A DNA stretch of 64,000 nt from positions 1 through 64,000 of the forward strand of contig JAAILG010001076.1 of NCBI GenBank assembly GCA_012026655.1, read 5' to 3'. A program made the position numbers and the translations under genes. Shown piece by piece: positions 51,701 through 64,000 of this stretch (position 1 is its first letter; each line of letters begins with the position of its first letter). The notes under the pieces were generated by a model that was not told the origin of the DNA, ran no database searches, and saw nothing but the letters and a program-made list of their open reading frames with translations. Source of the DNA: Hydrolagus affinis (lineage: Eukaryota).

Positions 51701-52604
51701 CTATCTTCTGAACTAATAATTTTTCATTGACTTATTTACAGTAAAAGTTATAAAACCATACTTTTTTTTTCAAAAATGGTAGTTGTTGGAGGAGAGGAGG
51801 AGTTTATTCTTCGCAGGCATTTTGTCCAAGAAAAAAAAGGTATAATTTGCAGTCTTGCTTGGAACTTTTTAAGTTTAAACCTACACCCTGTAATTATGCT
51901 CTTGCAGTCTTAACCTGCTTACCTACCCCTTTGATGCTACTCGTTGCTTTATGTTCCCTCTCAATCTTTTTCTAGTAAGATCATCCAAACAAGAATCTTC
52001 TCATAACGAAGAGTTATATTTCCTGATTACAATCTTATTGCTGTTTAACATGTTGTCTTTTGGAATGGCATTCTTATATTTCTTTGAAATCGTTACCTCC
52101 TCCAAAATAATCTAATCAAACAAGTTGAGCCACATTTAAGAACACTCAATGTAAATTGAGTCTCTTTAAGGCAGTCTTAAATAGAAACATGACTTTTTAA
52201 CAGCTGTGGTTCAAAATAAAGATTGCTTGCCACTTGAGTTTAAATATGCTGAGATAGGACAACTGGAAAGAAAAATAGTGTTTCCTGATTTCCATCAAGT
52301 TCTTAGCAACATTTAGAAACAAGACGTGTGCTGTTTAACCAGACATTGAGTCTGATATGTCATGTAAGAACAATTGAACAAGAAATATTTGTGTGTTTGT
52401 ATGTGTGTGTTTGATGGGAGGTGTGCCAAAATATTGTTTTGTGCGAAGAGTAGTTCCAGTTTGTCATGCTTTAACACCCCCAAAACAGAAATTTTCAAAT
52501 TATCTCTGAATTATTACTTGTATTGCTTCTATGAAGATATATTGAATATAAATGTCTATTGGCATTACTTATGTAAAGAATGTTGTAATTACCATTATTT
52601 GGTC

Positions 52605-52790
52605 ATTTACTTGGTCACTTCGTGTTTTTTGTGGGACACTACTGTGCGCAAATTAGCTGCCATGTTTACCTACAAATACAATCACTACATTTACCTACAA
52701 ATACATTCACTAAAGCAGTAAATCCTTTAAAGCACTTTGCAGCTCCTTGGAGATGTGATAAAGTGCTATATTAAATGCTATTATTATTAT
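52605..52790 (+). mobile_element. Same SINE family, 3' half
   Basis: gtgggacactactgtgcgcaaatt.. through (TTA)n tail. Confidence 0.7.
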
Positions 52791-53014
52791 CACTACTATC
52801 TGCTAAATCTATACTATAATGTGGATAACCAGCAACAACAACAAAATTACATTTGTAGAGAGCCTTTCATGTGAGGAGGACGTCCCAAGGCGCTGGACAG
52901 TCACTGCTTCAGACCAGAGCTGAGGACAGGTGTGGGGAGGGAAGTGGGGGGATAAATCTTGCACTGTACTGGAGTCCTACATATGAGGTGAAGGTGAGTC
53001 TAACATGGTTGGAC

Positions 53015-53125
53015 ATAATAATAATAACTCTTGCATTTGATATAGCGCCTTATCAAATCATCTAGATGTCTGATAGCACTTCATAGAATTCACTGTAAAA
53101 TGAATTGACTGTATTTGTGGGCAAT
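53015..53125 (-). mobile_element. Same SINE family, 3' tail fragment
   Basis: (ATA)n cttgcatttgatatagcgcc..aattgactgtatttgtgggc. Confidence 0.7.
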
Positions 53126-56100
53126 ACATGTTTCAAATATTCACGAAAATGTATCTGCATTCTCCATAACTTTGGCTCTCATTTTCAGCCTCACTTAGAG
53201 GGGCCTCAGAGATGACTGGTTTGGAAAAGGGAAGTGTGGTACCTTGATAGTGTGTATATATATATATATATATATATAAATAACGTGTTTTTCCCAAACT
53301 CTTAATTCAATAACATTGGTTCAACACTTTACTCAGAATCTAACCCATAACCGTACTTGGAACCGCTTTATGCTGACTTCTTGTGCAGACATTGGACAGA
53401 TATTCCATTCCCAACTCTTAACACTCTGGCCAAAATAATTTACTTTCTTCATTCATCTGTTCTTGCCCAAACATAAGTAAATTACATTTTCAGTCAGGGT
53501 GTGGCCAGGAATGAATCTCTGATTTGAGATTTTGTATGCTTGCTTTCGATACATTGGCTTGTTCTGTTTCAGTGCCTGCACACTGGTGAATCACTATACT
53601 GTATTGCGGACACGATGTACAATTTATAATACTGTACTGAAGCTACTGACACATGGTTTTAAATACAACAGACAAAGGCAAAAATAATCAGACTGTTTGT
53701 TGTTGAGGCTGTAAAGTCGAAGAAAAAAAACCTTATCAAATTAGAGGGCTAGAGGGAAAGGGATTGGAATGGGGAAAGAGGTTAATTTTTAAATTGTATT
53801 ATACAAATGCAGGATCTGCAGAGGATATCAGCATGTAAAATATACCAACTTGCCACATATTGACTCTTGGCCTTCGGTGTGAGAGAAATGTTAATCACCC
53901 AATTGGTACAAAGAAAACCACTAAGATTGTGATTTCCTTGCTTCCTCGATATTGATCTCCTTGAACATTGCTTTAGGAAGCTAGCCTTTTGCTTTGTTTT
54001 TCAAATTGTTTTTTTATCGCACTACAAATATCTCAGCCCGCACATTAAGCAAGTGAGCAAGGTCTGACAGAGCACTGCACGTTCATTGATTCGGTCAGCT
54101 CATCGTGCAAATTGCCACTCACCATCTGAGCATTAAATAGCAGGCAATGGGCAGATTAAGGGAGAGGAGGCAGATTTGCAAAACCAATGCCTTATTTGGA
54201 ATTGAATGCTTTAATTTGTTGAATATTGTGCCCTTATTTGAGAGAATTTTTAAAAAAAAGTAACAATGAGATGTTTAACTTAGGGAATTAATGCATCATC
54301 CGTCTTCATTTGAGGGAGAACAATAAGATGGTGTAAGCACAGGTATAACTGTGCTGTATCTATTCTTAGGACAAATATTTAGAAGTAGTTTTATTTGTTT
54401 ATATCTTGATGATCTACAAAGAGTATTAAAGATGGACAAATAGATAGTTGTGAATTGTTACCTTTTTATACGTTGGATGCAATGGAGCTCCAGACTGAAA
54501 TAATGTTTGGCTGAGTATCTATCTCAGTTGAGTAGAGCTATTCCTTTATCCAGTTGAATATTGTCTTCACTGCAGATACTAAAGAAGTGGGAAAAAATTA
54601 TACAACTACTTTTAATTTTATTGGCTTGTTTCAAGTTTATCGTCCTCCCTTCCCCCCACCCCCCACCCCCCCAACCTATGTAAATTTTTGTAATTGCAAT
54701 TATTACAGTCCACAACAACTTAATTTATATTAATCGTGATTCTGATGTAGTCTTTTTCAATCTTTGAGAAATAGAAAATTACACTACAAAAATATACCAT
54801 TTAGAACTTTTTTAGTATCAGGAGATATTCCTCTAACCACCATTTGTTACGGCATTTCACTTCTGCTAGGTTAGTGATGGAGAGGAGGATGATAGATCAA
54901 ATATAGCACCTTATGGACCAGTGATGTTTGTGTCTATTTCTAACTTTATTAAAGGACAGGTTGTGAGTCTCAGTGTGGTTCACACATCCTGTCTTTTGTG
55001 CTACACTGACACAAATATCACTTCTAAACCCTCCTCCTCCAGGTGGTGCCTTGAATTCTGCTGCCAACGTAGCTCCCACTACCTAAACTCCTGTTTGTAA
55101 TTGTTCTGTGAATAGTTGCTGAAAATTGTGGCAATGTGCAGTATAAACACAGCAAGAGACTAAATGATCTTCAGTCACTTAGGCCCCTCGCTATCAAAAG
55201 AAACCTATCCATCTGTCCTTCATATGAATTTAGTTCCGGTTGGCATGAATTCTGATTATGTAGGGATTAGGCCCTCCTTGATTTGCTGAGAGAAACTTGT
55301 CATAAATTGCATTGTATCCAGCTATCTCATTGAATAACCGTTTACAATGCACTTCATTTCCTACTGCATTGAATTAAGTAAAACACAGTTACATTGTGCT
55401 TATCACTCAAGCCCTGCTGTCGGCCTATGAAGATCCTACATACTAAATAAATAGCATTCGTAATCAGTTTTGACAATGTAATGCCCTGCAAGTCATAAAT
55501 AATGGAAAGAAATGTAAATTCTGCATCTGTTGTACAACTGGAAGAAACCAAAGCACTTTCCTGTTTCTAGGGTTTATATATGTTTACCCATTCCTAGGCT
55601 GAAGAAGGCTGGGCATATTAATTCTGTCCAACCAATAGAGTGATGCTTATTATACAGCCAGGGAGCCATATGGAGCCCTTCTCCCCTTCACCTATAGCTC
55701 TCAGGAGAGTTGCTGTACCATGTGTCTCTGAGCCCTCATTCACTGCGTGCTCAGCTGCGAGATGTTGACTGAGCTTCGATGATACGCTATTCCCTCTCCT
55801 TTGGTTGCTCTCCAACCAAAGGCAAGCAAATAGCTGCTGGAGATGTGGCTTTTTAGCTTCTGTAAAGCAAGTGAAATGAAATCTATTGATCTCTTTCATC
55901 CCCTTTCCTATCCCTGGGATGAGCTGTCTAGCCTCCCATTTGCAATTGCACACAAATATATTTTTAAAAAAGTGAAAGTTGGTAACCAATTATATGTATA
56001 GACCAGAGGTTAAATCGATAATTGGTGGAGTTGTTGCGATGTATTATTCACACAGTGGGCAGCCATTTGTCCTGACATAAATCTGGTCCCTCAAATAGCC

Positions 56101-57187
56101 ACAACCATGAGGTAATTGGCTAATTAATCTGGAAATTTACTAGTCAGGACACTCCACTCTCCTTTTGAATGGTGTTATAGGATTTTTAACATCCATCTGA
56201 TCAGTCAGATGGGACCTTAGTTTAATGCCTGAATCGTTAGACAGATGAGTCATGAAACCGAGTACCAGTCTGCTTTTAAGTAAAGAATATGCGTCCTGAC
56301 CAGCAGTTCTCTGCTTAGGGCCCAAGGCACCATCCTCCTTTTCTGGGAAACCCAGTCACAAATGGTGAAATAATGAAATCAATTAATAGCAACCACATTA
56401 AGATTTCTTTCACATCTGGAGCTACCTCTCCACAAGAGAGCTATCACCTCTCCACTCTTCAGTGAAAATAATGAGTGCTACAGTATGTTACGAAGAAGCT
56501 TGCGATGCAGATTATATGTTGGATATGATTTATCTATTTACTGTGTCTCCATTCCCAGACATTATTTATGCCCAGCACATTGAGCAATTATATTGCCCTT
56601 AAAGTTGGATTATGTATGCTGCCAGAGGAGCAGATTGCACTCTAAGTAAAAAACAAAATGCCCAAACCATTGTTCCTTAGTTTGGTGTAAATTGCATTCT
56701 GTCATTTGGTGCATGTCCAGAGGAACTGTTCATCTTAATCTAGTAGTCACAGTAATACAGTAGATTGTTATGCTTTGATTTCTTAGCAGGCAGACAAAAA
56801 ACAATTGAACAATTACACATACATGTGTAATCTGAATATGCTGCCTGTTTTTAAAATAAATGTCACCAAATTCACCAGAGAGTCAAATTGTCTTATTTCA
56901 TCTCCAATGTGCGTTTAAGAGCAGTTTGCCTACAAATACTGTATTTGTAGGCAAACCTTCACAGATTTTATTTGTACACCCTGCAATAAAACCTGTGAAG
57001 GTCTCCAAAATGTTTGAATGATGTGACCAGGCACTACAACAAGCAAGGGATTATCAGAAAAGTAGTTCAAGAATAGGGTTGAATACATGGTGATTCTTCA
57101 ATAAGGAGTCTGAGTAGGAATTGCTTCTGGTGACCTGAAGGACATCATCCCACTGTGCAGATCCCTGTTCTGCTTGTGCAAGAATAG

Positions 57188-57481
57188 TGTAGCTCAGTGG
57201 TTAGAGCACTCGCCTTACAGGGGGACCTGTGTTCGAATCCAGGCAGTGTGAAACCTTGGGCAAGTTTCCTTACTCCACACGCCTAATAATGATCCCTCAA
57301 AAAAAATTGGTCATTTCAATCCATCACTGTTTGTGGGACACTGCTGTGTGCAATCGGCTACTGCATTTCACCCACAAACATACAGTCAATTCATATACAG
57401 TATATTCTGTAAAGTGCTTTGAGAAGTCTAGAAGATGTGAAAAGCGCTATATCAAATGCAAGGATTATTATTATTACTATT
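57188..57481 (+). mobile_element. Same SINE family, full length
   Basis: TAGCTCAGTGG..GTTCGAATCC head; tail aagcgctatatcaaatgcaaggattattattatta. Confidence 0.88.
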
Positions 57482-57939
57482 AGTATTCCACTGGACGGAA
57501 TGTAGAAATCACTGTTTACTTTTTTCAGGAATCCTGAGAATCCTCAAAATTGTCATGGATCAGAACCCAACAATGTGCACATGCATGCAAGCTATATACG
57601 ATAGATTATATTGAACAAAGCAAATGTGAAGCATTGACATTTTGTACCTGTTCTCTTAAATTAATTTGGATATTCAGTGTTGTACATAAATTCTTTCAAT
57701 TGTGCAAAATGAGGAAAGCTAGGATGGATTAATTTTTATTTAATTATTGTGCACATTAATAAATTTAGACCCTATAATTGAATATTTACTAGATGCCCAG
57801 ATGTGTATTTGTTTGTAGAATGCAATCCAGAATTGGAAGCTGCTTGGGGAAATGATAGAAGAAATAGTCCAAAGTCTATAGCAGGGAAAATACTTGGCCA
57901 GTTTTCTAAGAGAGATTGATATTCATCCAAAGGGCACAA

Positions 57940-58060
57940 GAAGTCGAGGTGATTTGGAAGCAATAAGTCATGCCTTGCAAATCTCCTGCAATACTTTAGC
58001 AGAGTGACCAAATCAGTGTTTGCGATCTAATTGGATTTTCCGAAGGTCTTTGATAAAAGA
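57940..58060 (+). mobile_element. Degenerate CR1-type reverse transcriptase fragment
   Basis: KSCLANLLQYF..LDFPKVFDK, resembling SCLTNLLEFF..LDFxKAFDK. Confidence 0.55.
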
Positions 58061-61000
58061 TTTAAAGATGAAGGCATGTGGAATTAACGTCAAAGAACTT
58101 AGGTTGAATATTAGTTGAGCAGAAGGTGATAACTTGACCTGGCTGTTTTTTGGTTGCCGGAGCTCGTGCAGTCTTGTGGTATGCACATGACTGTATTTCT
58201 GAATGGCATGGAGGAAGGCGATTTGACTACACTGAGCATCACAGTGAGTTTCTCTAAGCCAGCAATCAGGTCAACAGACACAAACAGGTTGTTTGTGGAA
58301 CATTGCTCTGTGTTATAGTTGCAGTGCAGTATTCACCTCCAAATGCCCAGTGTTACATCAAGTACTTTGATGTTGTGATGATTTGATGAGGTATTGTATC
58401 AAATGCAAAGATTATTATAATTTTGTACTCTGATGGCATGAATGAAACCCCTGTAGTCCTTTAAATTTAGACCACCTAAATCTCATGTTTTTTTTAATGT
58501 TTACATTTTCACTGCAGCAAGAATTTCTTTAATGTTATGAATAAAAACAGTATTCAGTCGGAGGTAGGTGCCTGAATATTATTATTGGCATGGCCTGGTC
58601 TAGCTCTTTTTTTTGTTGGGAGTCCTTTATGAAATGCATAATTGTACGATAGAACGCTGTATATGAATTTTGATAGATTGTTGGCAGTTAAATTAATGTG
58701 CTGGAAAAACCTGGAGTTCATCCACTCTGGGCAAGGCACTAACTATCCCTGTAATTCTCCCTGTGTTTGTCGAATTGGACTCTCACGTAAATCCACAGTG
58801 TGGATTAGCTTCAAACTTTTCGGCAAAGCTTTCAAGGCTCAGGAATTATCAGTGTATTTCTCTTTTTTTAAAAAAAATTGTGCCATGAAGCAAGGACCCT
58901 ATTTTTGTTTAGAGCTGGGAAATTCTATAAAATACAATTCAAATATTTACTGTACTATTATAAACAGATTACAATTCTATGCTGTATTAAGATTTTATTG
59001 TTTTAACAAGACTAGATTTAATTCTCCAAATGTAGATCATAAATCTCGTAGAAACATTTCAGTGGCAATGTCTTTAGAAAGCTCATTCTGATGATCTATT
59101 GGATTGGACTATTGTACATCCAATCATTTTCAAAACAACTGTACTTGTCCAGGTGCTACTTAGAAGATCATTCATAAAGAGAATTTAGGAGCTACTCGAT
59201 CGATTACTATTACCTGCTGGGAACGAGTCCAGAAGCTACTGTTAACCTTGCATTTCATGGCCATTGAAACTTCCCACAATTACATTTGAATTACAATTAC
59301 TGTCTCACAGCCAATAATGCTAAACCAACCAACAATGGATGATTGTTTTTAACCCCACATAGAATCACTAATCACTGTAATAAATAGAAATAACACCCCC
59401 CAAAATAGTCCCAGAAATCTGTTTTTGGTTAATATTACTGTACTGTATTTATCTGCTGTTTCATTTGTTGCTACGTACATTATTGCAGGGAGAAAATCAA
59501 TCCACTTACTATAAAATCTGTATGTGTGTAGTAGCAATTTTCACTTTATTGGATACATTAAGTACCCAATAAAGCATCATTTGTCTGAACATTAAACACC
59601 ATTTCAAATTGGTACTGGGAGATTGTGACCTCATTGCTTGTTTCTGTTCCAGTTAACTGTTCTACAATACCTGTGCACTATATGTGGCCTGTTACATATT
59701 TGTATAATGTGCTCACTTCATTCCCAGAGGGAATGCAGGCAGACAATTTATCATTAGTTGCAAGTTGTAACTTACAAATGGCTTTGCAACTGGTTTTGTT
59801 GGGGATGGGTAAAGTACTAATAAATTCAGAGATTGATTTCAAATTAAAATATATGAATGATATTGTACAATTATCACAAGGTCACAAATAATTGTTGAAT
59901 TTAGTACAGCTTTTTATGTATTTGATGTGTCAGAACTTCACAGGGTATAGTGTAAAATGCAGTGACTGTATTTGTGAGTGAATATGGCAGATAATTGCAC
60001 ACAGCAATGTCTCATGAACAGTTGCGAAATGAATAACAAAATTTATTTGGAGGATTGTTGGCCTGGACATCAAAAGAAACTCCTTTTCAATAAGTAAAAT
60101 ACCACAATTTTTTTTTACTGTTCACCTGCACAGGCATATGGAATTCTTTCTCCTTGCACTTCCTATCACCAGGCAACAACACCACCAAAATTACAGTTGT
60201 ATAACCACTGTGGGTTGCTCACGTTAAGGCAGATTGAGGCACACCCCTGTATTTTTCTTTCTTCCTCTACAAGCACATGATCCTTGTCCTTTCTTGATTG
60301 ACCACTTGCATGTGGGATCCACCACACTAAACCCGCATCCACCCATTGAACAAAGCTCCAGACTAATTTAAAATCCAGCTGCATGTAGAGAGTAGAGAAA
60401 AAATCCGGTAAGAATGATTTCATGCAAAAGGTGTTGAAAATGTGCAGTGGCTAACCAGCATCTGAAATAGGAAGGTAGTTAACGTTTCAACTGACAGTTC
60501 CAATTGAGTCTCACCAAAGGCATTAGCATCTCTTCATCTTTCAGATCCTAACCAACCTGCTTTTAGTTGCATCGAATAACATTTTCTGAAGTTTGCACAA
60601 CTGAGCACAGTCAGGCTGTTGTAGCATGTGTATAAAAAGGTGTTTGTGTCACTCTGCCTAAGATGGGTGGAGGAAGGGAAGTGATCCAGTGCCTTGAAGT
60701 GTCCCAACGTATATATTCTAGTGTATAAATTTTCATTCTTCCACAGAAGTTTCACCCACAAAATATAGTCGCTTCACTTTACAGTATATTCTGGGAAGCA
60801 CTTTGAGACAACCTGAAGATATGATAAGGCACTGCAAGGACTATTATTTATTATTCACTTACTCTGTACATTCTTTATTGGTGAGTAATAATAAGCTTTG
60901 GAAATTATTGTTGAAACCTAACCTGAGGTATTAAAACTGGTAACTAGGTGGAGGAATTTACCAATACAGTTAAAAAACAAACAGGAGATCACCCTGCAGC

Positions 61001-64000
61001 TGACAAAACAAGCCTTTTGTTCCCAGGAAAGCTTTCCAGTCTTCAGACTAGTTTTAGTGACATTTGCTCACATCCAGACCTGTGCTTGGTTTTTGGGGGC
61101 TCTGGAATGCTGCTGTAATGGGGTGTTCTGTGACATTGAGATTACATTAAATCTTCAGGTCCCACCTTTGTGTCGACAGTTCGAAAGTTCACATCCAAAA
61201 AGTGACATTATTAAGGAATGAATTATGAGCAATGATTAGACAAGTGGGTTGCAAGGGCCAATTTCAGGATAGGTGTCAGGAACTTTACAGAGAGGGCAAT
61301 TAACAACAAACTAGTTGGTTGGAAGGGTGGTAGAGGCCAGGACACTGGACTCATTCAAAAAGAAGCTTGATGCTGAGGTGGAAGATTGTATGTGCTAATT
61401 ATCATGTAAAAACGTGATGAATCATTTCGCTCTCTGCTCTTGTTTTATGTCAACAGAGATCATTAAAGTACTCAGAAGAAATATGTGGGTTAGAGACTAG
61501 TCACTGTATAAATATTTTTCCTTTGGCTTTTTCCAGTGTGTAATTTTGAATGGCGCTTTTGTGTTAGATCCATCGTGAAATGTTAGCCAAATTACTGAGG
61601 TGCAGTTGGATGTGATTTGGAGCAAGAGTAACATTACACCACTCAAAGTACCTATGTTGTTCGCTTGCGGTTGTTTTTAATTAAAGCTCATACTTCATTC
61701 TGCTTTTATCTATGTTTTGAGTCAATAACCTGTCATTCTGATTGCAATAGTTGTAGGACAGATGCTGAAATGTCTTCACACAGAGGGGAATTGATAGAAT
61801 GTGGGATGGGTGAATGAGGCCAAACCACTGTAATCATTTTTGAAATAACTTGATGCTGTAATGGGATGGCAACAGGAGTGATATTGTGGCATGCCTTGTT
61901 TATCTGAACCTACATTATAAATGGGAATCAGCCTTGTGCTGTCCAATGACCTGTTTATATTTAATATTTACACAGAATCTAGTATGGATATTCAGTGGGG
62001 TATTTAACCTGCTTCTGAAATTAAATCACTTGACAATGCTTTTGGTTGGTGGGGAGGGAATGGAATCTCAAATCTTGCTTTGTTTTATATAGAATTCCTC
62101 GGGTACTAATCCAGAAGTGTTGAAAGTTCAGTTGAGACCTGATGCCAGTAGATTCAGTAATGACGAGATCTGCTTTTGTCTGTTCCCTTCCCTCAGGGAA
62201 ACGAGACAATTGTGGCTGGAGATATAAAGCACTAATGGAAGGCCTCTGTTTCCATGGTGATTGTGGTGTGAAGGAAGACTGTCATGCTGCGACTGGTTCT
62301 GTCCAGCAGTATGTGATGGCTGTAATTTTAAAGAGCATCAGTTCTGTGACGTTCCATAAGCAAACCCACTTGTGTGTAATGTGAAATCATTATTACAAAA
62401 ACTGAAATGGATCATTTTCATTAACAAGGCAGAACTGAAGTGTTTGCACAGACTATTTTTTTAAATTTCAATAAAGTCTTGTTTTGAATAGATGTCCGCG
62501 TATTTTTTATCTTATATCAGTAATTTGATGTTGACCATTTTCTCTTCTGTACACAAAATAGCTGCACAGATTCATTTTTTGCCAGATTCCTTTCAGTCTC
62601 AATGTTCAAGGAATCGTTTTAATCAAACGCTGCACAAAAATTGCTGCTGTGTTTCCTGTCACCTTTTATCACACCATTGAATGTTTGTAAAGAGGAAACT
62701 CCTACCTTATTAGAGTGAAGCCTTAGTAGTACCTTAGTGTTTTAAATGAAACAGTGATTTTTATTGTTGGGGATTATTACAAGGGTGATTGATTCTATAA
62801 CACTGGGCCATTTTAAAGAGCAGCTTGATTCTACACTGGGAAGGCAGACGGCTGAGTATTCTGGAAGAATAAGATCAGATGAGCCAAGTGGCCTTATTCA
62901 TCCAAACCATTTTCACACAAAAATTGAGTTGGAACAACTCCTTCAACCGACACAACTTTGGAAAAATGTCTGAAGTTTAATTTTCTGTATCAGTGATGAA
63001 AGCATCCTTTTATGAAAGCAATATAAGTTGCAGAACCCAATGCCGTTAATAACTGGTCTGAAAGAAGAGAAGGCTTGGTTTATTTTTTAAACCCATGCAT
63101 GCTTAAAATAATCCTTGTGATGCTTATCATAATCTCTGTAGATTAAGTTTCTTGCTCTCGTATTCTCTTTCTACTTTTGCTTGTGGAGAAATGCATTTTT
63201 TGAACTCTATCGATGCTGGATATCGATGTATAACTAGTTTGTGGTTTGTATGTGATCTGCAATTAGACAGGCAGAGTGAGTTGCAACTAAAGTTATATTT
63301 AGTGTTGTGCACAAAAAGGGATGAGGATCCCCGCACTGTTTTGATATTACATTGTTTTAAACTTATCCATAGATCAGTTGGATTTACATTCTAAATCCAA
63401 TTTAGAATGTAAATTGATGTTTTAATTTACATTCTTTAATATCAATAAGGAAGGAGCTGATGAACGAGCCATTTGTGCAGTCCTTACTATCGTAAACAAT
63501 ATCAGCCAGCTTCAGAGGTCTGTGAGTAAATCTCCATTTTGTCTGACAAAATAATAGTATCAAACCAATACCCATAGCATAACTGGGGTGTAACTTGACT
63601 GACTGCAGTGGCACTAAGGGAGGAACAGGATAGGACTTGGTGAAGACTCACTTAAATTATAAGCTATTTAATTAGACTGCATGCTACGCTTTGGGGATTT
63701 GAGTGTGTTTTTGTTTAAAGTAATGGCAACCTGATAGATAATATAATGTAACGCTCTATAAAAGGTGGTGGTGATGGTGGCTTATTAAGAGTACAGTACT
63801 GTTCTGCATGTTCAGACTGTGGAGAGTTCCATTCCTGAACAACAGACTAAAAAGTAACTTTAATGTTTGTTGTGATAACTGTTTGACAGTTGATACAATT
63901 AACATGTTTGTTGGGTCTGCCCGCAGTTTGGCTGTCAGCAAGCAGCTGCACCTGAACTTGACTGGAATGTTGAACATCTGTCTCTTGCTCAAATGGCTCT

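Noticed and set aside
57188-57245. tRNA-like sequences with Box A and Box B (also at 7857, 39523, 46163, 47246)
   Set aside because: No proper acceptor stem, and each continues into the same SINE body and tail, so these are SINE heads and not tRNA genes
48779-64000. Short ORFs in the right-hand 15 kb; search for CAMSAP2 exon 3 (SAHLAMID..)
   Set aside because: No matching exon or domain found; treated as intron 2 with repeat remnants

Overview
AT-rich vertebrate genomic DNA. The repeat content (tRNA-head SINEs with L2-type tails, Deu-domain-like SINE remnants, a Penelope-type hairpin) suggests a cartilaginous fish, possibly a chimaera; this is inference. Three intron-containing genes were reconstructed by hand from splice sites and remembered protein similarity. 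(1) Minus strand, 237-6300: the 5' part of an ADGRD2/GPR144-like adhesion GPCR. Its C-type lectin domain is split in two by a single symmetric pentraxin exon, and the gene runs off the left edge. (2) Minus strand, 10934-36154: a complete KIF14 with 29 coding exons (about 1662 aa), one GC-AG intron and a CCAAT/CHR/CRE cell-cycle-type promoter near 38.6 kb. (3) Plus strand, from 43549: the first two coding exons of CAMSAP2, divergent from KIF14, with no recognisable DDX59 between them. Introns hold an internally deleted Tigger/pogo transposon, two TA-flanked MITEs, a ~190-bp palindrome with a degenerate hammerhead-like core, L2/CR1 fragments and many SINEs. Most ORFs in the supplied track are spurious. 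There is a 100-N assembly gap at 6901-7000.
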